Positions 26,189 through 34,479 of a stretch of 34,479 bases of DNA are shown here, piece by piece (position 1 is the first letter of the stretch; every line of letters starts with the position of its first letter). The stretch is taken from positions 1 to 34,479 of the IMG/VR virus record IMGVR_UViG_3300032266_001082. One strand, 5' to 3'. The position numbers and the translations under genes were made by a program. Source of the stretch: a virus. Its lineage: Duplodnaviria > Caudoviricetes. The notes under the pieces were generated by a model. That model worked only from the letters and a program-made list of their open reading frames with translations. It was not told the DNA's origin and searched no databases.

Positions 26189-28555
26189 ATGACATACGCT
26201 CCGATTAGATTTGCAGGACCAACATTAATCCCAGCATCTCCAGCCAAAATATACACGGCTGTATCTACAATAATTATTAAAGAGTTTACTGTAACAAACT
26301 TTAGTAGCTCAACATTGCCATTTAGCTTATTTCTTTTGGGATCAAATGGTGACTCTGTAATCAATCTATATAATATAAATAGATCAAGCCTAGATGCATA
26401 TTCACTTTATGGAAATGTAAATGTAAATAATAATACAACTCTTAAACTAGAACACTCATTAATATTAAATGCTGGAGAATCAATTGCAGCAGTTACAACA
26501 ACACCAAATTGCTATTCATTAACTATATCTGGAGTAGATCTTTCTGGGACATTGGCTTCTGAAGGAACAACTGGCGGAACTACGGGTGCATCAGGTGCGG
26601 GGTATTCAGATGTAACTTCATTAACAACAAATCTTATTGGAACAGGATCAAAAGTATTTTATGTAAATAATAGCGGAGCATATACAGCAGGACAACGTGT
26701 ACGTGTAATTAATCCACTAGCTTTAACAACATATGTTGAAGGTATTATTACTCAAGTTGTAAAAAATGTAAGCATAACTGTATCGGTTGATGCAACAAAT
26801 GGAACTGGAACATATTCAAGCTGGGTGTTTGCTGTAACTGGAAATCCAGGAACATCTGGTACATCAGGATCAAATGGAGCAGCAGGACCCACTGGCGCAA
26901 CAGGACCAACAGGACCAACTGGATCAACTGGATCAACTGGAGCAACTGGAACGTCTTTAACATTACAAGGCACTGTTGCAAATGTTGCAGCATTGCCAGC
27001 AACTGCATTTTTAGGTGCAACATATTTAGTAGTAGACACTCAACAAATGTATGTTTGGAATGGAACATCATTTTCAAATGCAGGATCATATAAAGGTTCT
27101 ACGGGAGCAACGGGATCAACAGGCGGAACTGGCCCAACAGGCGGAACTGGCCCTACTGGTGCTGCTGGAAGATCTATCAATATTAAAGGAACAAAAGCAA
27201 ATGTTGCAGCACTTCCATCTACAGGAAACACATCGGGAGATTCATGGATTGCATTAACTGATTTGCATTTGTATGTTTGGGATGGCACAGCCTGGTTGGA
27301 TGCAGGACAATTTCAAGGACCAACTGGAGCAACTGGCCCAGCAACCATTGCAGTTGGCACTGTATCGTCTACAGGACCAGCAGGTACAACTACTGTAACA
27401 AATTCTGGTTCTGGAACAGCGGGAGTATTTGATTTTGTTTTACAGCAAGGACCTACAGGCGCAACAGGCCCAACAGGCTCTGCGGCTACAATTGCAATTG
27501 GAACAATCACATCAACTGGACCTACAGGAACTCCTTCTGTTACAAATGTTGGAACAACAACTGCAGCATTACTTGATTTTATTTTAAAACAAGGAATAAC
27601 TGGACCTACTGGTCCTGCTGGACCAACAACAATAACTTTAGGCACAATTACTTCTACAGGACCAACTGGTTCTCCTTTAATCACAAATTCTGGAACATCT
27701 ACAGATCTTGTTTTAAATTTCACTCTTAAGCAAGGCCCAACAGGTGCTGCTGGCGCAACAGGTCCTACAGGTGCAGCAAGCACAGTAGCAGGCCCAACAG
27801 GACCAACTGGTATTGGAATAACAGGTGCAACAGGTGCTGCTGGAGCAGATGGAACTTCAGTTAGAATATTAGGGTCATATGCATCACAAGCAGCCCTTAC
27901 AACAGCAAGACCAACAGGAACACTTGGCGATGGTTATTTAGTTAATGGAGAGCTCTATGTATGGACAGGCTCAGCTTGGACAAATGTTGGAAGTATTGTA
28001 GGCCCTACAGGTGCTACAGGCCCTACAGGAGTAGGTTCTACAGGTGCTACAGGGGCTACAGGCCCTACAGGAGCAAATGGATCAAGTATTCAAGGTCCCA
28101 CAGGACCCACTGGATCAGCAGGATCAACAGGAGCAACAGGAGCAACAGGAGCAACAGGAGCAACAGGATCTGGACTACAGGGACCAACTGGACCAACTGG
28201 AGCAACTGGCCCTTCTGGCGGTGCTACAGGTGCAACTGGATTAACAATAATTGAAAATTATCAAGTAACAAATGTTGGTTCTGGAAGCTACACTATTGAT
28301 GGAACGGCAAGTAAGACTTTAACATTAGTAAGAGGAAAAACTTACTTTTTTACAGTAAATGCTACTGGTCATCCATTTTATATTAAAACAGCTCAAGTAA
28401 CAGGAACTGCAAGTTCTTATGATACTGGAGTTACAGGAAATGGAACAGCAGTTGGTGGAATTACATTTACTGTTGACGCAACTGCACCAAATACGTTATA
28501 CTATATTTGTCAATTCCATGCTGCAATGACAGGTACTATTAACATAATCGGCTAA
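26189..28555 (+). CDS. Collagen-like (GPT/GAT/GST) fibre with a C-terminal cupredoxin-like domain
   Basis: Long G-X-T tracts, three xLP...G..Y/W...(L/M)YVWxG knobs and three TIxxGT(I/V)...VTN modules. The C-terminus reads GHPF...[11 protein letters not shown]. Confidence 0.8.
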   Translation: MTYAPIRFAGPTLIPASPAKIYTAVSTIIIKEFTVTNFSSSTLPFSLFLLGSNGDSVINLYNINRSSLDAYSLYGNVNVNNNTTLKLEHSLILNAGESIAAVTTTPNCYSLTISGVDLSGTLASEGTTGGTTGASGAGYSDVTSLTTNLIGTGSKVFYVNNSGAYTAGQRVRVINPLALTTYVEGIITQVVKNVSITVSVDATNGTGTYSSWVFAVTGNPGTSGTSGSNGAAGPTGATGPTGPTGSTGSTGATGTSLTLQGTVANVAALPATAFLGATYLVVDTQQMYVWNGTSFSNAGSYKGSTGATGSTGGTGPTGGTGPTGAAGRSINIKGTKANVAALPSTGNTSGDSWIALTDLHLYVWDGTAWLDAGQFQGPTGATGPATIAVGTVSSTGPAGTTTVTNSGSGTAGVFDFVLQQGPTGATGPTGSAATIAIGTITSTGPTGTPSVTNVGTTTAALLDFILKQGITGPTGPAGPTTITLGTITSTGPTGSPLITNSGTSTDLVLNFTLKQGPTGAAGATGPTGAASTVAGPTGPTGIGITGATGAAGADGTSVRILGSYASQAALTTARPTGTLGDGYLVNGELYVWTGSAWTNVGSIVGPTGATGPTGVGSTGATGATGPTGANGSSIQGPTGPTGSAGSTGATGATGATGATGSGLQGPTGPTGATGPSGGATGATGLTIIENYQVTNVGSGSYTIDGTASKTLTLVRGKTYFFTVNATGHPFYIKTAQVTGTASSYDTGVTGNGTAVGGITFTVDATAPNTLYYICQFHAAMTGTINIIG
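28125..28168 (+). repeat. Perfect 9-bp tandem repeat (CAACAGGAG, about 4.9 copies) encoding GAT triplets
   Basis: Read directly from the sequence. Confidence 0.85.
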
Positions 28556-28573
28556 TTAAAAGTCAGGAAATAA

Positions 28574-29635
28574 ATGAAAATAGCAGTATATACAATTGCT
28601 TTAAATGAAGAGCAGTTTGTTAAGCGTTGGTATGAGTCTGCAAAAGATGCTGACTATTTATTAATTGCAGATACAGGCTCTACAGATAAAACAAAAGAAT
28701 TAGCATCAAAACTTGGTATAAATATTTATGATATATCAGTGGCCCCCTGGCGATTTGATGATGCTAGAAATGCTGCCCTATCATTAATTCCAGCAGATAT
28801 TGATTACTGCATATCATTAGATATGGATGAAGTTCTTTCTGAAAACTGGAGAGAAAAACTAGAAAAAATAAACCCTAATACAACAAGACCTATACATAGA
28901 TTAGTTACTTCATTTGATGAAAATGGAAATCCAGGTGTTGAATTTGATGCATTAAGAATGCACTCGAGACATGGACATAGATGGAAATATCCAATACATG
29001 AATCTGTTTCATTTTATGGCATAGATGAGGTTAGAGAAAATGTAGATATAAAAATATTACATTATCCAGATAACAATAAATCAAGAGGACAATATCTTCC
29101 GCTTTTACAAATGGCTGCACAAGAAGATCCAGCTAGCGATAGATGTGCACATTACTATGCCAGAGAGCTATTCTTTTATGGAAGATATGAAGAAGCGGCA
29201 GCTGAATTTAAAAGGCATATATCTTTGCCGTCTGCTTTCTGGAAACCAGAAAGATGTGAGTCAATGAGATATATTGCAAAGTGTCAACCAGATGAAAAAG
29301 AGTACTGGCTTAAATCAGCTATTACAGAATGTCCAGAAAGAAGAGAGCCTTTTGTAGATCTTGCTCAACATTTTTATGACATAAAAGACTGGGACAAGGT
29401 AAAAGAATATTCGGAACTTGCTTTAAATATAAAAGAAAAGTTTTTAGGATATTTTTGTGAGGCAGAAGCTTGGGGCTGGAAACCTCATGATTTATTAGCA
29501 TTAGCAAGCTATAATCTAGGGCTATATGATGCGGCATTAGTTCATGGTAAAATTGCATTAGAGTTAAATAATCATGATAGGCTAAAAAAGAATATAGAAT
29601 TCTATGAATTAGCTTTATTAAATAACGGAGAGTAA
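28574..29635 (+). CDS. Glycosyltransferase family 2 with C-terminal TPR repeats
   Basis: IAVYTIALNEE, IADTGSTD, FDDARNAAL, the DxD motif LDMDE and W.YPIHE, followed by a TPR-like helical tail. Confidence 0.88.
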   Translation: MKIAVYTIALNEEQFVKRWYESAKDADYLLIADTGSTDKTKELASKLGINIYDISVAPWRFDDARNAALSLIPADIDYCISLDMDEVLSENWREKLEKINPNTTRPIHRLVTSFDENGNPGVEFDALRMHSRHGHRWKYPIHESVSFYGIDEVRENVDIKILHYPDNNKSRGQYLPLLQMAAQEDPASDRCAHYYARELFFYGRYEEAAAEFKRHISLPSAFWKPERCESMRYIAKCQPDEKEYWLKSAITECPERREPFVDLAQHFYDIKDWDKVKEYSELALNIKEKFLGYFCEAEAWGWKPHDLLALASYNLGLYDAALVHGKIALELNNHDRLKKNIEFYELALLNNGE

Positions 29636-31395
29636 TGTCATATAAATTAAAGGTTGTAAAAGATAACCCTATTGGGTTCTGGATGCTTGATGAATCATCA
29701 AGTAGTAATACAGCCTTAGATTATTCTGGATGCAATAATAATGGATCATACACTGGTTCTCCTGCTACAAACATTTTACCTCTTGTTCCAGGGGGCGGCT
29801 CAGGAACAAAGATTACAAACTCAGCCTATATAACTTTTCCAATAACCAATAACTATTACACAAATACATCAACCCCAGGAATGGCTACAAAATATTCTTC
29901 CGATAATGATTTTAGCTTAGAGTGCTGGATTAATCAATCAATTGAATCTAACACAAAAACAATATTGTTTGCAGATAATTCTAATAAAATTGGCCTGTAT
30001 TGGGATAATGGGGATATTGTATTTAACGTATCTCAAGACGATGAAATTAGATATCCTGTAACTTATTCAAAAAGATCAATGCATATTGTTGGAGTTTATT
30101 CTATTTCTTCAATTTCATTATATGTTGATTCAAGACTAGTTGCCACAAAGTCTTTAAATTCAAAATTTAAATTTACAAATACATTGATTTCTTTTACATC
30201 TGGACCAACATCAATTGCATCAGATACATTTATATTAGATGCTCCTGCTATATATAGATATGCAATTTCACCACAATCAATATTAAGTCATTTTAATGCT
30301 GGTAGCGTTTCATCCTCTGCAATACAAATTGTAGCACCAGATGAAGGTATTCTTTTTTCTGGAACAGATGCTTCTATTAGAGCGCAATTTCAATACTCAT
30401 ATCCAATAAATAGAAAATGGACTGAGTTCCTTGATGCAAATACTTATTATGATGAAGCAGCAGGATATATTTCATTTTATAAAACAGATACTTCTGTTTC
30501 TAAAACATTTATCATGCAAGATTTTTTTATGGTTCCAAGCGGCATTCCTTATGTAACTTCAAAAGTTGAGTGGAGAAATGATTTAAATATATCTGTTGAA
30601 TCAAGTGTGGACGGAATATCATGGCAAAGCTGTACTAATGGAATGCCATTACCTCAATATACAAAAGATTCATTTAGCTCAACAGGATTAGTTTATTTAA
30701 AGATAACAATGACAACTTCAGACGCTAGTAAATACCTGCCAAGACTTGCTTATTTTGCGGTAAGTTTTTATACAAATAAAGATATTTATGCAGATAATTT
30801 TGGATATAAAATATCATCTCCAACTGAATATTATATTGGATCTTTAAATTATCCAGTTCTTTCAAGACACTATGATAATGGAATTAGAACTAAATCTGGC
30901 TCTGGGTTTAACTTATCCGCTACATCTTCTGTCAATGCTGTAGAAATGCTATTTACACCCTCTACAAGCGCTTCTAACACCTTAATCTATCTTCCAGCGG
31001 GTTCGGGGTTGCCAGAAACAAAGTACGCCTGGAACGGCTCAGGAACGGTTTCAAAGGCAAATATTCTATCAATCTATGTAAATGGGGTAGATAGAACATC
31101 TGCAACCAATATAAGCTCATTCTTAGTAGAAGAAGAAATTCATCATATTGTAATTAACTTCACTACACCAATTTTAGGTAGCATTCAGTTCAACTACTTA
31201 GTATCTGGGGGCCCAACCTCTCTATATAATAATATTGCTGTATATCCAGGATACCTAACTCAACAATCTGTGAACACACATTACGGACTATATATAGGAA
31301 AAGCTTTTATTTCTATTTTAGATCCGTCCATATCTTTGACAGAAAAACCTTTTAAAGCGTACAATAACGACTGGATAGTGTTACAAAGTATTTAG
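29635..31395 (+). CDS. Virion structural protein with LamG/ConA-like domain(s)
   Basis: DNPIGFWMLDE...DYSG..NNGSY...FSLECWI...HIVGVY...LYVD...AIYRYA. A second degenerate LamG-like region lies at the C-terminus. Confidence 0.7.
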   Translation: MSYKLKVVKDNPIGFWMLDESSSSNTALDYSGCNNNGSYTGSPATNILPLVPGGGSGTKITNSAYITFPITNNYYTNTSTPGMATKYSSDNDFSLECWINQSIESNTKTILFADNSNKIGLYWDNGDIVFNVSQDDEIRYPVTYSKRSMHIVGVYSISSISLYVDSRLVATKSLNSKFKFTNTLISFTSGPTSIASDTFILDAPAIYRYAISPQSILSHFNAGSVSSSAIQIVAPDEGILFSGTDASIRAQFQYSYPINRKWTEFLDANTYYDEAAGYISFYKTDTSVSKTFIMQDFFMVPSGIPYVTSKVEWRNDLNISVESSVDGISWQSCTNGMPLPQYTKDSFSSTGLVYLKITMTTSDASKYLPRLAYFAVSFYTNKDIYADNFGYKISSPTEYYIGSLNYPVLSRHYDNGIRTKSGSGFNLSATSSVNAVEMLFTPSTSASNTLIYLPAGSGLPETKYAWNGSGTVSKANILSIYVNGVDRTSATNISSFLVEEEIHHIVINFTTPILGSIQFNYLVSGGPTSLYNNIAVYPGYLTQQSVNTHYGLYIGKAFISILDPSISLTEKPFKAYNNDWIVLQSI

Positions 31396-31418
31396 TTTTG
31401 TCATAAGTCATGACAAAA
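31396..31418. promoter_or_regulatory. Perfect 9-bp inverted repeat (operator or terminator)
   Basis: TTTTGTCAT-aagtc-ATGACAAAA lies directly after the stop codon and 3 nt before a -35 box. Confidence 0.55.
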
Positions 31419-31421
31419 AGC

Positions 31422-31450
31422 TGGACATAGGCACAGAATAATGGTAAAAT
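31422..31450 (+). promoter_or_regulatory. Sigma70/SigA-type promoter giving a probable leaderless mRNA
   Basis: TGGACA (31422-31427), 17 nt, TAAAAT (31445-31450) with a TG extension. The ATG is 8 nt downstream and has no SD. Confidence 0.65.
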
Positions 31451-31458
31451 AAAATACT

Positions 31459-31800
31459 ATGGATATTAACCGTATAAATACTAAAGTTCTTGATGAAGAG
31501 AGCACCCTAGGGATATATGTCTGGGAGATGCCTGACGGTAGATGGATTGGAGACGATGATGGGAATTTTCTTTCAGTCACGTCCAAAAAAGGCAATAGAT
31601 CCAAAGTCGATGCTTTGGCTAGAGAAGTTCGCTCATTTGGTATATACGAGGGCGGGCCTAAGTTTCTTTCTGGAAGAAGGAAGATTGACGATGAAGAATT
31701 CCAGCATCAAAAACAAAGACTTGATTGGGGATTAGTTCCAGACCCATTAGATATTGGAAACTATAAAGACGAAATGAAAAAGCTAAAGGGGTTAAGATGA
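31459..31800 (+). CDS. Hypothetical protein coupled to the portal gene
   Basis: 113 aa with its own promoter and an ATGA overlap with portal. Confidence 0.7.
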   Translation: MDINRINTKVLDEESTLGIYVWEMPDGRWIGDDDGNFLSVTSKKGNRSKVDALAREVRSFGIYEGGPKFLSGRRKIDDEEFQHQKQRLDWGLVPDPLDIGNYKDEMKKLKGLR

Positions 31801-33380
31801 GCGTAGAATTTCTTGATGAAGATAACTCAGAAAACATAATTAATATTTCAAATAACGCGGACTGGTTTTCTTTAAAAAAAGACGAAATCAGCAATGATCC
31901 ATTTGCAGCAGGCCTTGAAGATCTTAAAAAAGTAAGAGGTCTTGGATCATCATTTAAGCGCAAAATGAACAGAGAATTTTCAAAAGCATTTACAGGTGTA
32001 GATGGAATTGGAACACAACAGAATTTATTAGCACAGGCCATTACAGGCTATGCTATGTTCGATTTAGTAGAGCCACCATATAACTTAGAATATCTTTCAA
32101 AGGTATATGAAATCTCAACATATAACTATGCAGCAATTAATGCAAAGGTTGCTAACATTGTTGGGCTAGGATATGATTTTGTAGAAACAAAGAAAACAAA
32201 TGATGCATTTGATTCAATTACAGATGATAAGTCTCTTGAAAGAGCACGTAGAAAGCTTAGCAAATTAAGACAAGATCTACACTCATGGCTTGATACAACA
32301 AATGATGAGGATACATTTACTCAAACATTAATTAAGGTATTCACAGACTACGAAGCAACAGGTAATGGCTATATTGAAATAGGCAGAACTACAGCAGGAA
32401 ACATTGGTTACATTGGCCATATCCCAGCAAAGACAATGCGTGTGCGTAGATTAAGAGATGGCTTTATTCAACTGCTATACGGTAAGGCTGTATACTTTAG
32501 CAATTTTGGAGATACGGAAACAGAAAATCCAATTGCGGGACAAGAAGATCGTCCAAACGAAATTATCCATTTAAAGAAATATACTCCAATGAATAATTAC
32601 TACGGGGTGGCAGATATTATTGCGGCCCAAGTATCCCTGGCTGGTAATGAATTATCTGGAAGATATAACCTAGATTACTTTGAAAACAAAGCGGTTCCAA
32701 GATATATTATTACAGTAAAGGGAGCCAAGCTTTCTCCAGAGTCAGAAAGAAAATTACTTGAATTTTTCCAAGTTGGACTAAAAGGAAAAAATCATAGATC
32801 CCTATATATTCCACTTCCAGGGGATACTCCAGACTCAAAGACTGAATTTAAAATGGAACCCGTGGAGGCAAATCCACAGGAATCTTCATTTAATGTTTAT
32901 CGTAAATCAAATAGAGATGAAATACTTCTAGCTCACCGTGTGCCAATTAATAAAATTGGAACTCCAGAGGGAGTTAATTTAGCGGTAGCCCGTGATGCAG
33001 ATAAAACATTTAAAGAGCAAGTATGTCGTCCAGCACAAATGATTTTAGAGAAAAAATTAAATAAAATATTTGAGGAAAAGACAGATGCTTTAACCCTTAA
33101 ATTTAATGAATTAACTCTTACAGATGAAGATACTCAATCTAAAATTGATGAGAGATATTTAAGAATGCAAGTAATTACCCCTAATGAAGTTAGAATTAGA
33201 AAAGGTATGATTCCTTTAGATGGTGGGGATGTAGTAGTTGAACTTAAAGGCCCAGCCGCATCTGAGCAAGCAGCCGTAGCTGGAAATACCAGACAAAGAT
33301 CTCAAGATCGCCAAGCAACTGCACCCGATAAATCGGGAGAAGGCAGAAATGCAAAGGGCGACGGTAGACAGGTTGACTAA
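31797..33380 (+). CDS. Phage portal protein (PBSX/HK97-like)
   Basis: GNGYIEI, HIPAKTMRV, EIIHLK...YYG, YFEN.AVP..II, EILLAHRVP and TPNEVR. It lies upstream of the prohead protease. Confidence 0.92.
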   Translation: MSVEFLDEDNSENIINISNNADWFSLKKDEISNDPFAAGLEDLKKVRGLGSSFKRKMNREFSKAFTGVDGIGTQQNLLAQAITGYAMFDLVEPPYNLEYLSKVYEISTYNYAAINAKVANIVGLGYDFVETKKTNDAFDSITDDKSLERARRKLSKLRQDLHSWLDTTNDEDTFTQTLIKVFTDYEATGNGYIEIGRTTAGNIGYIGHIPAKTMRVRRLRDGFIQLLYGKAVYFSNFGDTETENPIAGQEDRPNEIIHLKKYTPMNNYYGVADIIAAQVSLAGNELSGRYNLDYFENKAVPRYIITVKGAKLSPESERKLLEFFQVGLKGKNHRSLYIPLPGDTPDSKTEFKMEPVEANPQESSFNVYRKSNRDEILLAHRVPINKIGTPEGVNLAVARDADKTFKEQVCRPAQMILEKKLNKIFEEKTDALTLKFNELTLTDEDTQSKIDERYLRMQVITPNEVRIRKGMIPLDGGDVVVELKGPAASEQAAVAGNTRQRSQDRQATAPDKSGEGRNAKGDGRQVD

Positions 33381-33397
33381 CTCTACTCAACTGTTAT

Positions 33398-33426
33398 TTG
33401 CCTTTTTATCTATAAGTCGCTAAAAT
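33398..33426 (+). promoter_or_regulatory. Sigma70/SigA-type promoter giving a probable leaderless mRNA
   Basis: TTGCCT (33398-33403), 17 nt, TAAAAT (33421-33426). The ATG at 33434 is 7 nt downstream and has no SD. Confidence 0.6.
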
Positions 33427-33433
33427 TAAGCAT

Positions 33434-34479
33434 ATGAATATTGAAAAGTCTTTATGGACTAGCCATGGCAATGACATTAATTTGTCTGTTCCTTTCACTA
33501 AAGTTAACCGTGAAAAGAGGACCGTTTCTGGATTTGCAACCCTAGACAATGTTGATCAAACAAGCGATGTTGTAACAGCAGAATCAAGTCTTAAAGCTTT
33601 TGAGAATTTTAGAGGCAACATTCGTGAGATGCATGGATCGAATGCAGTAGGCAAGATGGTTTCATTCAGACCAGAAACTTATTATGATCCAAAGTCAAAA
33701 GAATTTTACAATGGGGTTTATGTTGATGCATACATTTCAAAAGGCGCTCAGGACACCTGGGAAAAAGTTTTAGACGGAACTCTTTCAGGATTTTCAATTG
33801 GTGGGAAGATTCTTGAATCAGATAATGAAGTCAACAAAGCAAATGGCAAAACTGTAAGATTTATAAAGGACTACGAATTAATTGAACTTTCAATAGTAGA
33901 TTCGCCAGCAAATGAACTTTGTAACATTCTTTCTATTCAGAAAGTAAATGGGCAATACATTGCAAAAGGTATAGCGGTAGGCGTTGTAACTGAAAATATT
34001 TTTTACTGTGAAGACAGTGACTCTGTTTTTATCTCAACAGAGAAAACATATGACTCACCAGTTTCTGGTAAGCCAGCACAACTAATTGGTTGGGTTGAGA
34101 GTTCGGATGTTAATAAAGCAAAAGAGATTGATAAGATTCTTGATGCGTACAAGCACTCAAGATTTACGTTGCCTGAAACACAAACAATTGCAAAACAGGC
34201 AAACGCAGAAGGAGGTAATGAAATGTCAGACAATACAGAAAACGTAGTTGCTGAAGATGTTGCAGTTGATGCAGCAGTTGAAGTAGCCGTTGAAGATACA
34301 GCAGTAGTTGCAGAAGATGCAGCTCCAGTTGAGGCTCCTGCAGAAGAAGCAGTAGCAGAAGACGTTCCTGCCGAGACTCTGGAAAAAGCAGCCGAAGTAT
34401 CAGAAGATAAGGTTGATGAACCTGATTTTGCGAAGATGTTAGGCGATCTAAAAGGCTTTTTCTCAGAAACTCTAAACAA
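33434..34479 (+). CDS. HK97-type prohead protease fused to a scaffold region; 3'-truncated and not in the ORF track
   Basis: Manual translation MNIEKSLW...VSGFATLDNVD...IREMH...GFSIGG...ELSIVDSPAN shows the catalytic His/Ser motifs of HK97-type proteases. The frame is open to the window end. Confidence 0.9.
   Translation, partial: MNIEKSLWTSHGNDINLSVPFTKVNREKRTVSGFATLDNVDQTSDVVTAESSLKAFENFRGNIREMHGSNAVGKMVSFRPETYYDPKSKEFYNGVYVDAYISKGAQDTWEKVLDGTLSGFSIGGKILESDNEVNKANGKTVRFIKDYELIELSIVDSPANELCNILSIQKVNGQYIAKGIAVGVVTENIFYCEDSDSVFISTEKTYDSPVSGKPAQLIGWVESSDVNKAKEIDKILDAYKHSRFTLPETQTIAKQANAEGGNEMSDNTENVVAEDVAVDAAVEVAVEDTAVVAEDAAPVEAPAEEAVAEDVPAETLEKAAEVSEDKVDEPDFAKMLGDLKGFFSETLN
34223..34479 (+). 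CDS. Nested in-frame scaffold protein (internal start); 3'-truncated
   Basis: AAGGAGGT at 34209-34216, 6 nt before an in-frame ATG at 34223. The product MSDNTENVVAEDVAVDAAVE... is Ala/Glu/Val-rich and acidic. Confidence 0.7.
   Translation, partial: MSDNTENVVAEDVAVDAAVEVAVEDTAVVAEDAAPVEAPAEEAVAEDVPAETLEKAAEVSEDKVDEPDFAKMLGDLKGFFSETLN

Noticed and set aside
27117-28168. Short tandem DNA repeats as a possible CRISPR array or origin iterons
   Set aside because: The 9- and 18-bp units are in frame, encode collagen triplets and have no unique spacers.
26748-28254. Overlapping ORFs in the collagen gene, including a Gln-rich 28044..28244
   Set aside because: They are by-products of G-X-T repeats that lack stop codons in other frames.
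31396-31418. Pho box
   Set aside because: It contains TGTCAT, but as an inverted repeat rather than the 11-bp-period direct repeats of PhoB/PhoP boxes.
34003-34479. 158-aa minus-strand ORF
   Set aside because: It is the antisense shadow of the protease/scaffold frame, which has catalytic motifs, a promoter and an RBS on the + strand.

Overview
This is an AT-rich, tightly packed segment of a large tailed dsDNA phage, with every supported gene on the + strand. Leaderless and extended -10 promoters plus gene style suggest a freshwater actinobacterial host, which is an inference. Order: 3' part of a class II (B12) ribonucleotide reductase, a holin-like gene, about 30 kb of tail-fibre/appendage genes with interspersed accessory enzymes, then portal and a prohead protease with a nested scaffold gene (33434..end, absent from the ORF track). 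The standout signal is at 5504-6136: a 211-aa insert with 40 Cys and 37 Tyr, placed inside an otherwise Cys-free beta-rich protein. Its cysteine spacing is mirror-symmetric about a central loop and includes a compensated double loss of Cys, which points to a nested 20-pair Cys ladder hairpin. Four small coupled accessory genes follow it. Two more appendage-plus-enzyme cassettes are present. One is a beta-propeller with a U32-family Fe-S/methyltransferase fusion and a permease. The other is a Thr-collagen fibre with a cupredoxin-like tip beside a GT2-TPR glycosyltransferase. All family names come from motif recognition by eye, not from database searches. No tRNA, rRNA, CRISPR array, integrase or transposase was seen.
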